A DNA stretch of 64,000 nt, taken from assembly GCA_050084515.1 (NCBI GenBank), contig CM114271.1, positions 30,070,001 to 30,134,000 on the forward strand, written 5' to 3'. The notes under the pieces were generated by a model that was not told where the DNA came from, searched no databases, and was given only the letters and a program-made list of their open reading frames with translations. The position numbers and the translations under genes are program-made. Origin of the DNA: Blasia pusilla. Lineage: Eukaryota. Positions within the stretch are counted from its first letter, which is position 1, and each line of letters starts with the position of its first letter. Positions 1 to 13,993 of this stretch are shown here, in pieces.

Positions 1-960
1 ACACCTAATCCTCCATGCATGGTTAATAAGGGAAGGCTTGTCATGATAGGTGACCATAGGTCTATCCCTCTAGTGTCATCCCCTTAAGCTTCACAGGATC
101 TAGTGGAACCATTATATTATCATATAATTTACATGTAAGAGCATAGAGCAGTTGTTGGACATACCTTGAAAGGTCAGACGTTGATCTCAATAGGTATAGG
201 GTGACTTTTTTAGGAGGTGGGAAACATGAGTGGGGAGGCTTCCCCTATTTGGGGTCCAATTAGGGATTTGGAGGAACTTAGGGTTGAAGAGGTGAGATGT
301 GTGCACATATCACCAAGAAGAAGATTTGGGAGAGGGAGAGCCTATAGACAATAGAGACCTCACTCTATTGTCGTTGAACCTCCTTCCATGAGGCAACAAA
401 GCTATGATGTCTTGCCTTGTGAGTTATCCTAAGCATCTCGCTATGAGCAGAGGTTTGGATATAACAAAGCTTTGTGATGTGATAATGTTTCCCCTACTTA
501 CCACATTTGTCTCTTTGTTTATATGTACAAAGAGTGAATGAGAGAGAACTGTTAAAATAGGAAATTTTGCCATGAGGGAACTGTAGAGCTAGAGTATAGA
601 TATTAGACATTTACTATGTAAGCACAAACTAATGTGCCTAGTCGTAAGAGTGCCATGGAGGCTTACTTAGCTTCTCTTTGTTGTTGTAAGTTTTAGCTGA
701 GAATATCAAATGCAAAACAATTGCCAAAATTTTGTAGATTGGAGGCTTTGGGATGGTAAATTGCAATTGCCAAGGAGACTATTTCTTGTTTGAGATTTGC
801 TCATGTTGGAGATAGAAAGGTTAGGAATGTAATGCAATTAATGGTGTGCAAAATGGGAAAACAAGGGGCAAGTTGTAACAATGGTGCCTAATGTGACGCC
901 CTAGGATGTTGTGTGTGTGGTTGCCCGTGTCGGCATCATGCATGGTTTTAGACTTACGAC
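1..960. mobile_element. Highly decayed LTR-retrotransposon fragments (LTR-like and possible gag remnants)
   Basis: Bases 1-60 resemble the terminal region at about 24590-24630 (agggaagg...ataggt). A TG-initial, LTR-like start (tgtgacgccc) occurs at 893. No intact ORF. Confidence 0.3.
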
Positions 961-2089
961 ATACGTAGAACCCTAAAAATGCATCAAGATGTCTTGCATT
1001 TTAATGCAAAATAGGGTTAGGTCATCTAAATGATCCTCTAGTTTGTAAACCATCTACATTTTGGGTGGGTGTGGGGAAGGAACACCGAGCGTTGGGAGCA
1101 TCAAGAGGGTATGCCAATGCCACGAGGGGATGATTGGATGTTGAGCGTTGACAAAGGGCTTTAGGGATGGGCTTCGGAAGAGGCATAAAAAACTTACCAC
1201 TAAATTTGTTAGTGCCTTCAACCATTTTTGATGAATGTTTGCAATTTAAAAAAAAATTCAAACCAAAATTTTGCGAGTGCTAAACCTTGATATAGGCTTC
1301 TTTATGTATAAGGGGGCCATTAGGGATGTAAGTCAAGAGGTGGATATCAAATTTCCAAAATTCACTAAAGCAAGTGTGAGTTACTTGAAAATATATTGCA
1401 AGTAATATATCTTAAATATTTGAAGATAGTTTCTTTAGCAGATTTTGGGGCTAGAATAGATCAACGCATGTCTTTTCTGTAGCTTGGGAAGACAAGAAAT
1501 TAGAAGGGAAGAATATCTTATATTGTTTTAGTCCAAGGATATCATAAATATGGAAGACTAGTATCATACTAAAGAATGAAACCTAGAGGTCTAACTACCT
1601 CAATATGCACCACATATCCACATAGACACGTGATTGCTCATGTCTCGCAAAATGAAATCATCAAATGGAAGTGACATAAAATGACAAGTATTATATCAAA
1701 CTTGATTTGTAAAATCCCAATCTCAAATTGGTACATTTTATAAATTTTGTTATAGTTTACTCAAATAGAGTGGATGCACAATGCCTATTGAGATTCCAAG
1801 ATGTGTCAGTCAAATGTTGTAGGTCAAATGCTAATAAATTAGGACAAGAAAATTTACTAGTGGTTGTAATATGGTTGGCATTGAAGGAACTAACTTGCAT
1901 AAGTACTAACTTAAATATATACCGCCAGTGAGAATATGCACAAAAATAATCAACGAATTTAATTTTTATTTCTATACATAAAGTTAGAGGCAAGGAGGTT
2001 TTTCTCTAGCATCCGTTTCAAATTATGTTATAGGACCTATGTACACAAGTCAGAATGTTGAAATCAGAATTCTACTTCCTCTCAGATCT

Positions 2090-2700
2090 ACTTTTAAAAC
2101 TTTAAAATGATAGAAAGATAGTAGATCCCGACAGGATCTTCCAATGAACCATGTACATGAGGGTAATCACTTACAAACCTGAAAAGAGCAAAACTGAAAT
2201 GAACTGCATGTAGAACTGGTCTACAACTTCTATTGAGAATTGGGTGCTTGAAAAGCAACACCTTATTAGAATACACAAGTCTTGAAGAGAGGTGGTTGAA
2301 ACCAAGATGTAGGAGTTTGTGCTAGATTGGTACTTGGAGCATTCTCCACACCAATGCACATTCCTTCTTATTTGATCAAGGCACCAGAGAGGTTCGGGTA
2401 TGTAGGAGCTAATCTCCAAACCCCACCTTAGAGGGCGGGAGTAGAAGTGAATCAAAGAAGAAGGGAAGAGAGGGGAGTTAAATAGTTTCCTACAAGAGAC
2501 CAGCGAAGGGACCCTTTGCATGGTAAGGCAAGGTGAAAGGGCCAACACAACAGAGCAGGCCAAAGACACCAGGAATAGGCCAGACATATTATGAGCGGGG
2601 ATAAAGATAACATGCCAAAGACTGAGCCAACACAACAGGGGTAGGCGAGCACACCATGTGCACAAGTAAACATAACCAAAACTCACAAGAGTAGTTAAAG
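2090..2700 (-). mobile_element. Possible decayed 3' end of an L1/Tx1-type LINE
   Basis: Broken minus-strand frames give FWLCLLVHMV (zf-RVT-like HxFWxC...W) and LWCLDQIRRN (cf. LWxIWxxRN). Weak and by eye only. Confidence 0.3.
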
Positions 2701-2751
2701 AGGTAACTAGTAAACTAATTGAGACTACCTAGAATACACTAATAGTGCATA

Positions 2752-2910
2752 CTAGCATAATGCCCGTGCTATGCAGGCCTGAAAACCACCCGTAAGGAAA
2801 GACATCTCATTAATTTAGTTCGTCTTGTTCATTTAACTTTTTTATTACACATGTCAACATCGGAGGAAGGGTCCTCAAAACCCATCCTCTTTTAAATACA
2901 TATAGATAGA
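2752..2910 (-). mobile_element. Miniature non-autonomous Helitron-like element
   Basis: Minus strand starts TCTATCTATATGTA (2910) and ends with a GCCTGCATAGCACGGGC hairpin plus CTAG (2752). It sits between A and T with no TSD. Confidence 0.6.
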
Positions 2911-4198
2911 TTAAAGGCAAAGATTTTCAGATGTAAAAATTGAAATGCTTTCGTTGAGACCATCGACTCCGAAGACTTCCAAACACGGCAAATTAGAAGA
3001 CGTAGTAGAGTGTTCCCATTTGGGGGAGGGTCCCATGGAGCGTCTAGCGACGATCCTGATTGTAAGCAAGAGTTTTTCTCGACAAATCGTGCGATGGCGG
3101 TTTATAGACGTTCCCTAAAACTGGGCCCATTTTACCTCGCATCGTTTTTCATTGCCGGACTCAAAATAAACCCAAAACTCTATTATCGGATTTGACTTTC
3201 TTGAGTGCCCATGACGGAGGGATTCTCGGGATCCCGCCTTCGAATCGTCACCGACTTCTGCCCCTCAACCTGCATGCATAAAGCTATGGTATACACAAAA
3301 CTGCGTTGAGGTTCCTCATGGGCTACCACGTTAAAATTGTCAAGCTAGTTATAGTTTAATTAATCAATTATGTGAACTGTTTATTTCGGAAAGGCCGTTT
3401 ACGTCCAGAACTGCGTGAAGAGCACGGTAGGGCAAGTGGTGTGAAAGGCGGGAGAGAGAGAGAGGAAGCGTGGTGGGGAAGCTGGGTCCGCTGTCTACAG
3501 GTTAGATGGCGATGCTCGGTGGTACTCATTTATCCAGTACGGAAGTGGATCTTGACAATTCCGGAATGTGGCGCCTCTGATCACCGACGTTACTCTCTCC
3601 GTCCGTCCCCGCGCACCACTCTGGTCTTTTCTTGCTGTCCGATCGGTCCTATTGCAATCTAGTCGTGTTCGCCAAAGACCCCGTGCTCACATCTGTCTTC
3701 GTGGGCTGCGTCACTAATTCGGTGAACGTTCCTAGCATATTGTCATTCGTTCGGTCTTTCGGTCTAGCGAGCTGTGGTGGAAAAGTATGTCGAACTGATC
3801 GTCCTCTTGCATTCGTTTTCCTGTGGAATGTGTGGTCAGTGTCGTTAGTCGCGGTTGTGTAGTTTGTTGTGGTCGTAGTGTAGTCATTGCTCTCTAGGTC
3901 GTACGAGGGAGTGAGAGCGTTGCTCTGTCCGTTATTGTGCTTCGTTGTGTTGGCACTCCGTGATTAGTTTACACCTGACCTAGGCTAGGAGATAAATAAC
4001 TACGTGCCTGCCGTCACTAAGTATAAGTATTTCCCTTCCTCTCGTATGCTCATTTCAAATCCTTATGCTTCTGGATAGGTTACAGAGAGGAACGGAGACT
4101 GCAAGGAGATACTGCGCGTGTCGACTTTTTCAGAGCAGTACATTTAGCGAGAGAGGCTATCCGATTCTGTGAGGTTGTGAGTTTCGTGAATGGCCGGG

Positions 4199-4944
4199 AT
4201 GTCGAAGGAGACTAAAGTTAAGCTGAAGTCCTCCGACGATGAGATGTTTGAAGTGGACGAGGCGGTGGCCTATGAGTCGCAGACGGTGAAGAATATGATC
4301 GAGGACACAGGAACCGATAATCCGATTCCTTTGCCTAATGTTTCTAGCAAGATCTTGTCGAAGGTCATCGAGTACTGCAAGTACCACGTAGATACTCAAA
4401 AAAGTAGCGATGATAAGCCTGCCACTCCCGAGGACGAAATCAAGGCTTGGGACGCGGACTTCGTGAAAGTTGATCAGGCGACTCTCTTCGACCTGATTTT
4501 GGTGAGTCCAGAAACTTTCAATTATGAACGCATCTGGATAGAACCCTGACGTGGTTGCTCGACTAGTCCTCGGGGAGGCCTCCTTCTCGTCCGTCTCCTC
4601 ATATCTGAGACGTCTATCCTGGGAGGGTTCCATGCCCGCTAGTGGTGAATAGAAATTGTGTCGGTTTTCTTCCATGGGAACCCTCTGCCTTCTCCCTGAT
4701 TTCACTGCGTTTTGTAATTTCGTTCTGCGTCTTGACATGGTAGCGTCTTCTCGGTTGGTTGTGTTTGTAGGCCGCGAATTACCTGAACATCAAAAACCTT
4801 CTGGATTTGACCTGCCAAACCGTTGCCGACATGATCAAGGGTAAAACTCCCGAGGAGATTCGAAAGACATTCAACATAAAGAATGATTTCACACCAGAGG
4901 AAGAGGAAGAAGTCAGGCGGGAAAACCAGTGGGCTTTTGAGTAA
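4199..4944 (+). CDS. SKP1: SKP1/ASK1-like SCF E3 ligase adaptor, copy A (158 aa)
   Basis: Exons 4199-4501 and 4771-4944 with a GT-AG intron at 4502-4770. Protein [19 protein letters not shown]...[21 protein letters not shown]...[63 protein letters not shown]. An in-frame upstream ATG at 4190 could add MAG. Confidence 0.97.
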
Positions 4945-7267
4945 CCACTCCCCGTATCTGCCTAATCAGTAAAATTGTGAGTTTCCGCTGCCTGAAAACA
5001 CTGCATCTCTTGCAGTACATTACCACCGAGTTACGTTCCTAACTTTTCAAGAGCAACTGCTTGATGTCAGAGGTCAACTTCTCTGCCTCTGTGATGTCTG
5101 TTGTGGATGTTCTTGCCTCAAGCGATTCAGGATTGCTGGGATAGTTGTTGCCTATGTACACGGATGCTCACATGTATGCCCTTACACAATCAGTGAGGAG
5201 ACATACCAAGGAATTCTTATAGCTTCCTGTGCTCCCATCCTATGTTACTTGACTTAAGCAGCTGCCTAGTCCTCTGACCTTCTCATGATTTGTTGAGGTA
5301 GTTGGATCGAACATGCTCGGACTCCTCATCAAACACAGCTCTTTTTGTATGTAAACTTTTTTAGATATATAAAGATTGTAGCATTTGTAGCACCTTCAAT
5401 TGCGATTCTATTCATGATATGGTTCGTTCCTCTATGAAACGATTGTGTATCTAAGTCCTACTTGTCTGCAGTAGGGTGGATGTTGTTTCTCTCTTAAATA
5501 AGACGTAAGGCGCGATTCACTTGGTTCTTGTCTCCATCGCGGACTGACGGATTTGAAGGCCAAATTTATTTAGAGTGTCGGGTATTTAATATGAAAAATC
5601 GAATACCCTGTCCCTGGAAGTGTCCTCGTCGTGATAACGTCAACTCTCTGTCCAAAAGAATGTCCTAGTTAGGAAAATTTTGCCATAACCAGTTCACACC
5701 TAGGAATGTTGAGGATTCGTTGCCATCACGTTCTTTATATTCTTATGCAGTATCTAAGCATGTGAAGTTTGTAAACCCGATTGTGTGCGTGTGGTTTACT
5801 GTGGTAATTAGTGTGGGCGGTCCACTTCTCGGGATTCGAGGACGCTGGCCAGGTATGGATCGCATTTGCAACAAGATAACCTTGTATTTGCAGAGGGGAC
5901 ATATATCATTTAATTCGGATGAGTCTGTTGTGAGACCATTTGACAGCTAGCTGCTAGCAGGCTTCGTTTTGGATAGATACTTAAATGTGCCCTAATCTGC
6001 GGGTAATAATAATCCTGTGCCAGGAAAGATTTATGATCCCGTTGACCGATTTGAGGAGAGTAGAATAGTTCCGGAGTCATCTGTCACCATATCTCAAAAT
6101 ACATCGACGGCTGGTAAATATCCAGTATAGTTGATCTCCAAACTCCCGATTAAGTCCATCATTTCCCCATTAAGTCAGAAACCCGAAACTTCGAAGATGG
6201 CACATTGTTGGCAGATTGATAATCGGCGGGTGGAACAATCTGTAAAGTACACAAAGTTGTATCTTGGAATTGGTATCTTAGTAAACATATTATTTTACCC
6301 TTTGAAAAAATTAATAAATAGAGCTGACCATCTCAAATTCCGAAATGAACGCAAAAGCGCGTCCACAAACAGGATGAACCCCGCAAAATATATCTACGAA
6401 TACTAAACACAGCGACATCTGGAAATATCCGATCGTGAACTGTATTGTCGTAACTGTTACACGTGTAAATGAAGATATTGTACACTAACGATATAATTTG
6501 GGTGCCCGCGTAAGTAACATGACAAATTCAAGACAATTTTCACTCACGAAAAACTTTTAAATAAATTTTCTAAACCTGGTCCGCAACCACCTAGTCCGCG
6601 ACAAAATCTTTGGAAAGTCAGAAAATTTGGAACTGCAAATTTGTCTCGAAATGATGACAAGAAGCGAAACCCCTCAAAAAAAAGTTATCTTATTTCTCTT
6701 TAATGCCGTGGCATCCTTCAGTGATTACTGACACGGTTCTAAATCTAAGAAAATCTGATGAGATACATGTTGATTCAAAATTTCGATCTAAAAGCCACGT
6801 AAAAAAGCGCATATTCAATTATATGTTCACATTTTCGTAAAAGCTCGCAAGGGTATTAATCATTTTCTGAAAAATTAAATTATTCAAGCATATTCCTGCG
6901 TGTTTCAATTTTCGACACGGAATGGCCTAATTCATTTGCCCATCGCTACTTGCCTGGTGAGGATAAGTCTTTCCACGTGGAGTGACACGTGAAGGGGGGT
7001 TGATCCCATCTTTATACTTGTTTCTCTGTCAAATCCAAGCAACTAGGTACAGATCTCGATACAACTATCGGCCAGAACGCTCTGGTGTAAGCTGTGGACG
7101 CTGTGCTGTGCTGTGCTCTTTCCTGTTAGTCCATAGCAGCAAGGATCTACTTTTGTGGCGCTGGATAAAAACAATGATGAGACCAGTTCTTAGGAGACTG
7201 TACGAAGAAACTTGAGATCTGAGTTTGAGGCTTGAAACTGTATCTGGCCTAGTGTGAGTTCACATGC

Positions 7268-10200
7268 CTAAGCACTCTCGAATCCAAAAACTCTGAAAAC
7301 ACCTGCAGAGCAGAAATATTTCCACAAGGAGGTAAGTTTGATGGGAAACTTCTTGTCACTCCAGCAATAGAATCAAACTTGAAATCAGGTGCAGTGTCTG
7401 CAAGCGGATAACAACTCCTTTTGAGTACTTCAATTGGAAATACAACTTGTGTACCTCTGCTGGGCCTTGGCTTGAGAGCCTTCACCATCAAAACTGACGT
7501 CCATAAGAGGAAACTCTAAACAAACTGTATTCTTAACGCAAATTATTGATGTGCCTCAACCAAATACACTCAGAAAATAATCAGGTCTTACCTTCATCGG
7601 CTTGGTACTTGTTTTTGTCATCGGCAGCAAATGCAAGCAGATTGAACTTTGGATTCCACTCGACACTGTTCATGGCTGCCCAACAAGGGATTTGATAGAC
7701 TGATCTTCCACTCTCCACCTCTGACTACAACCGAAACATTTTGCTCATTCCTCAGTGGCATGATACCTAAGATTGCAAAGTAGATGGCTAGTAGATGTTC
7801 AAAGAACTTGGTGAAGTAAATGCACAGCTGAAAAATATGGTACAAGTTGACCAATCCTGACACCTACTCACAGCTATTTCACAGCATCTGTTAAAATTGT
7901 TTTACAGGATAGGCTTGAATACTCACTATGTCGATGAAAAGATCTTCACTGGCAGAAGCAATATACTGCCCATTATAGTTGAAGCTAATAGTTCGTACCG
8001 GCCACCTGCACATTCAAGTTAAGGAAAATGCTCACTTGAGCCTCTGCCAAAGCTGAGAAATTGCTAGGCTAAATAGCAACCACCCTTTCACTAAAACATA
8101 ACTGCTAAATTTCAATAAATTCCCACCCCTCTGGTCTGGGGTCTGGCAGTTCCCCTGTTAAGACAGTTTTTTCCTGGTGAGTCCAGAGTGTAGTGTGGAG
8201 CCAAAAATGGGCCTGGAACGATTGTGTTATTCATTGAGGGATGTGCAAAAAGGAGACCAGGAAATTGCACAAATCGAAGGGAGAATCCACCAATCAAGCA
8301 AGACCACTGCAAGCATAAATATTCTGGTAAGCAGCGTCACCAACTAGTGACAAAATATAAGTGTCAAAAGTATTGCTCACTCAAGCTTTGTGAAAGTCCG
8401 AGCACACAGCATTTCTGAAACATCCCAAAGACTGACAAGCGCATCTGCACTCCCAACTGCAAAGTACCTGTGCCATAAAATTCTACGCACATGTTAGCTA
8501 CAATCTAGACCTCAACAGTGAACAAAAAAGTGACTCAAAAATCAGATCAGTGCCTCAAAAAAGGCACATATATATAAATATAAATATAAATATATAATTC
8601 TTGCTAACTAAGCATGCAAAATCCTCTGAATATCCCAAAAGTAAGCACTTGTGAACGCACCTTCCAGAGGGATCAATAGCAATGCAGTAGCAACCTGCTG
8701 TGTGCGCAACAAGGGTATGAAGGGTTTGTAGTGATGGATATGCTAGCACTTCAACAGTACCTGCAAAAAAGCCACCATAATTGTGAGAACAATTAGAGTT
8801 GTAATGGTGCAGGCAATTTTAAGTTTAGGCTGCTGGCACTAGGTATCCTAGAATGTTTGATGACTTATATAAAGGATGGGTGATTCATTTCACAATACAC
8901 TTCAAACCGACCTAAATCCCATGAATTGCACATTACAGGCTTCAGTGATGCCGTTACCATTTCCAGTTGTCAGAAAGAAAAGCTCTCCTGTTGTGTTCCA
9001 AGCTATTTCATTAACCTGCACAACCATCGTCGAGAAAGAAGCCCATCTCTAAGACTTTGAACAGTTCTCCTCATACGAACTTGCATGACTTCCATTTCTG
9101 TGCTAGATAAGTCAAAGCTTGCACTGCATTGAACTTCACAATTCTGGTTACAAGCTGAGTTTCTCCAATGTAGGTGGAAGTGCATTCTGGCTTGTAACTT
9201 CTAGGTTTTGAATAACCTCTCAAGCTTTCGTACCTCATACCCAAACTTGCGCTTGTGAATGGCCTTGAACTTCCGAACATCAATGATAGTTAGTTCATCA
9301 TCCTGCACGCAAAGGCCACAGGTAGGTAAGTATAATCAAGAATTTTCCAGAGTCAAAATCTGTTAACCACACCATATTCTCAACGTCACTGGAAGCGAGT
9401 ACTCATGATGAATTCATTGCAGATGATATTTGAGAAATGAGGTGGAAATCTAGGCAAGAGCTCACCCTGTTCCCAACTGCTACATGATTCCCATCTGGTT
9501 TGAATGTGATATTGATGTTTTCGCCACTTAACTCCACTTGCTGGGAGCACTTTCCAGCTGCATTGAGATTTCTGTCAGTGACACAACAAAATGGCTGGAG
9601 ACAGCTACTGCAACTGGACATGTAACGATGCATTTCTATTCTTTACTACAGCTAGTGCCTTATGATTTAGGTTGTTATATTAGGAATGTCATTATTCATC
9701 GCTCAAGTGCTCTAGGAAATAGCTAGGAGAAGGTCTTTAGGATCCTTTTCCGGGTCAGTGAATGAATGACTTGTCATGTGTTTTTTAGCCTTTTGACCAT
9801 TTGGGTCCCACGGGCTTGATCTATTTACCATTTACCATTCACTCTCACTGACCTTCTACTAGCAAGGCTGGAAGCAATGATAACTTTCAGCATAATACAG
9901 CAGAAGCCACTTATTCTCAAGAAGGCATAGGTCTTACATACATAGGCAAAGAGAATCCAGGAATGTACTTTGAACTACTCACTACGGGCATCCCAGAGAC
10001 GGACAGTTTTGTCCCCTGAGGCAGTGGCAAGCAAGTCTGCATGTTTGGGGTCCCAACAAAGCTGGTCAACGCTGTCTGTATGCCCTTTCAGTTCCATATC
10101 CTTCGCTTTACTCTGTAGTTCCATTACGGGCAAACAGGTGGACACTGTCACTCCCAACTCTTGCCTACTAAACGTCAGATTGTATGACTTTTGACAGGAG

Positions 10201-11108
10201 ATCTAGATAGGAACCACTACTCAATGATAATACTTGATGAACTTCCCGGCATCCTGCCAGACATAATGTTAGCCAATGAAAGGGGCAAGCCAGCCAAAGG
10301 CAGAGAACAGAGACCAATCACCTTAACCTACTAATCAACTTAACAGTATAGCTAACAACCACACATCGGGAAGGCTGTGAAAGAGCTTAGTCTCCTACAA
10401 CATTCATCGAGCTGGTAGCAACAGAATTCGGAGGATTATAACTTCATATATGGACACCAAACTTGATTTTGAACTTTACTTCACAACGCAGAGAAGTTTG
10501 GTTTAATCGACGTTGACAAGAGTTCGAGCCGATAAGCAGTAGTATTATTGGAGCAACGGCAAAAGAAAAGACGAAAATTACCGAGCCGTGAAGCTCGATG
10601 TGCCATATGCGAGCTGTTTGATCCACCGAACCAGAAGCTAGCCTCTTTCCCTGACAATTCCATGCCACGGAGTGAACCTGCCACAGCATTCAAAATTTTG
10701 ATCGTTATTTTGACTGCAGCAGCGATACGTTCCTCATCTAAATCGATGAATGTGCTTCAAGCTTTAGCCTTAACCAACGAAAGCCAAATGATTCCAGAAT
10801 CCACCGAAATCATTTTGTTATAACCCATTGTGGTCATGCTAGAGCACTTTCTATTGAAAGTGCCAACCAAGTCTAGCTTCTCACATTTCTGATCGCCCAG
10901 CAATTGACACACATGGCGAAAAGAGTACAACAACATCACTCTGGGTTGTATCTTGAGGTTGTATCATAGGCTATTGATGATCGTCTGTTCTCAGAAGCGC
11001 TTACGAAAATCGCACCTTCTTCTTGTGGCCCAGAAATTCTCGCGTATGCAGAAGCTTGAAGGGAGGTGCAGCCTGTCCATCGGATGTGGCTGCCGCCGTT
11101 TCTTCCAT
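7268..11108 (-). CDS. THOC3: THO complex subunit 3 / TEX1, WD40 protein (323 aa)
   Basis: Eleven GT-AG-bounded coding exons in consistent phase: 11108-11016, 10677-10582, 10112-9983, 9557-9466, 9302-9234, 9015-8958, 8760-8661, 8467-8381, 8005-7927, 7724-7592, 7302-7268 (972 nt). Translation MEET...GHKKKVHSVAWNCQGKRLASGSVDQTARIW...ELKGHTDSVDQLCWDPKH...AMNSVEWNPK...DEGVFRVFGFESA matches plant TEX1. Confidence 0.96.
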
Positions 11109-11689
11109 CACTACAGCCTAATATTCTCACACAGATCCCCAGTTCACTCAAGTGACTCTACTTGCAGTGTGAGATGAGCGCACGCCTCTCTGATTATTGC
11201 AATCGACCCTTACTCAGACTTAAAAGAAAGCGCATGGTCACGAAACGAGAAAGGTCCGCATACGCGAACAAGTTCAATGAAGGAGCTGCATTCCATCCCG
11301 TGTATAGCTCAACTGTTTCTGCGAAAGTATTTCAGAACACCACGAATTAAAGCAGACACGGGAACAGAAGTAGGGACTTCAAAACGGAAAAGAACCGGAA
11401 CGCAATCACACATACCCGAGCTGGCTCCTTATTGTATGCTGCTTCGCCTACTGCTGCCTCAGCTCGTGCTCCAAATCGCAACAGCAGATCGTTACTGCCT
11501 AAGTCGTGCTCTCTCTATCGCTTTCTCCCGTCTCCTCTGTTTTCTCCTCCGCTCTTGCTGCCTGGAGCGAAGGTTTTTCTTGGCTAAACCCCTCCGCTTC
11601 TACGCGAGATAACTAGGGAACCTCAACCGGCTCCAAAATCTAACTTCCTACTCGGCCCCGCTTCCAAGCTCGAGTTATTACTTCTTGGT

Positions 11690-12430
11690 CCGCGGCTCCT
11701 CATTAGAACGATGTCGATTGTGGTCGGCACATTGTAAGTGTGGATCACTTGGTGTGCACTTAGGAAAGAGAATATTGTCGTCCACGATACTATGCTAGAT
11801 ATCATGTATAGTGTTTCTTGTGTGAGTGACTTCACGTGCAAAGAGAAAGGCACTACCCCATATTGGATCTTTGCATGACAAGAGAGACTCAGGAGGTGGT
11901 GGTGGTAGGTGGAGGTTGTAGTGACCGATCCTACATGAGGCTGGTTGTGCGAGAGCCCAAGTGGTGAGACAAGGGAGATTACCATAAGGAGTGGGGGCGG
12001 CGAAGAAGACCCAACTCTATAATCAACTTTATGACGGACATTGATTCATCCCCCTAGCCATAGAGATATATGGGGTATGGGGAAGAGGTTTGACTTGTTC
12101 CTTACCATTTGTACCCATAAATGGTTGTTCATTAACTATTGCAATTTTTTTATTGTAGGCAACATGTCTCCATAGCTTTGTAGCATGCCCAAGCCAATGG
12201 GCTTTTGTGGCGGGCTCAGGCTGTGGGAGATGCCAACACTAGAGGTCCACTTGGTGGTAGTCACGTCTGTCTAGGTGTTGTTGACATTGTCTCAACTCTT
12301 GGTGAGTTTAGCCGACAGGGGCATGCCCCCTATTCTTTTTCTGGGCCAGTTGTGGCCTTCACGTACTAGACTCTTTAAGTCCCCCCCCACCTTTTTGGTA
12401 TTCCGGATGGGTTTTCCATTACCTGCTTTC
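11690..12430 (+). mobile_element. 3' fragment of an RLE-endonuclease (CRE/NeSL/R2-superclade-like) non-LTR retrotransposon
   Basis: Broken frames give CDC...DHLVC...IVVHDTMLD (CCHC-like), VEVVVTDPT, AAKKTQLY...FIPLAIEIYG and QHVSIAL...QANGLL, which are the typical RLE C-terminal motifs in order. Confidence 0.6.
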
Positions 12431-13993
12431 TATTGAGGCCTCCATTCTTCTCTTATTTAAGCAAAACCTCCTTATTGTCATTTTTTATTACTATACTCAA
12501 GTCTATAAGAACACTAGTGCAATCCGGTATGCTTTATATCCCATAATCGATCCTCATGCGCCATGTTAAATCTTATTAGTCCAGAAGGTGAGCGATCCTA
12601 TTCCTTGAAGTGTCAAGAGGAGGAGAATCAAAATGAAAGGGCACTCTCCAAAATTAATATAGATTACGGTCCAAATTTTCCGAATACTTTTTAAATTGAT
12701 TCAATGAATTTGTTCACTCTCCATTTTTTTATTATAGATGTTATTAATGTGCCATAATATTTGTAAGCGTGAGTAAGGGAGAACCTTCTACCTACGACAG
12801 TTGTTGATGCAAGGTGAATTCTCTAATAATTTATCCTGTTCAGTATATAATCACTATATACACTGGCAATAAATAAACTTTGGTAGGAAGGTTGTATGTA
12901 GAGATGTCAGGAGTGATCCTTTGGTCTCCTTTGGTGACATGCATGCACAAGATACCATTGAGGAGCTTTCTTGAAACCTTCTTAGAGAATTCATGGGGGG
13001 TTCTTGATTTTTCTGGAACTTGGTAAGCATCTTGAGGCAAACTATGTGGACAAGTTACCTTCTTGGATCCGAAGCTCATCTTTCCATACTTGAATCCAAG
13101 TATAGGTTGGGGCACACTACCACATTGGGGGTCAGTTTGGCTTGATTTTCTTTTAGAGTAATTAGTGGCAACCTTGGCAACCTATCCGATTTACATTGTG
13201 TGATCCCTTTATGTGATGATGTGATATTTTATGTTAGTATATATGACAATAATGTAAGTTGTGTTGTGTATGATAAATTTCTTTTTTATTTGAATAGTGA
13301 AAAAATGATGATTGGAAAATTTTAAATCTTTCGATGTTTTTAATCTCTACGGTATAATTCTTTCACTATAATATATATCATATATTCAAACCCGGTCATA
13401 TGCCCTCCTATTCAACAAAATTGTCATTTGTTTTAGAGTTCAGATTTCATGAATATTTTTGGATGCATCAATATGGATAAGGTGGTGCCCATGCTTGTTT
13501 TACAAGTCATTTTTATGGTTTGGACCACTACTTTGTAAGTCTACTATGAGACTTTTTGCAAGTGAACATCTTATGAGTCTTTTGCATGTAAGTTCGCAAG
13601 ACCTTTGCAAGTCCTTAGAATTGCAATCAACTTGCAAAGGACTCACAAGACTAATTACTTGTACTTGTGAAGTACTTGCATATAAGTTGTGAATGGGATA
13701 TGTAGATTATTCGGGTCCAAAATCATACATGACTCATAAGAAACTCGTAAAGCACTTGCAAAAATGGAAATAGTTAAATAGTCCTCCCCCCTGCCCTTCA
13801 CGCGCTTCCATAACACCTCAATATCCACCTTTTTTTCTACCTTTGTTTGGGATCTAATAAGTATTGTGCACCATTTCTAGATGTGAATTATGGTGAAGCA
13901 CTCTTAGCTTTTTATTCTCTTTGAGTGATTTGGATTTTGGAATGGACTTGGGACGGAGCAGAGCAATCCTATCTATGATCTTGGGATCAAGGG

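Noticed and set aside
4157-4738. 193-aa minus-strand ORF
   Set aside because: Antisense shadow of SKP1 exon 1 and its intron, with no recognisable protein features.
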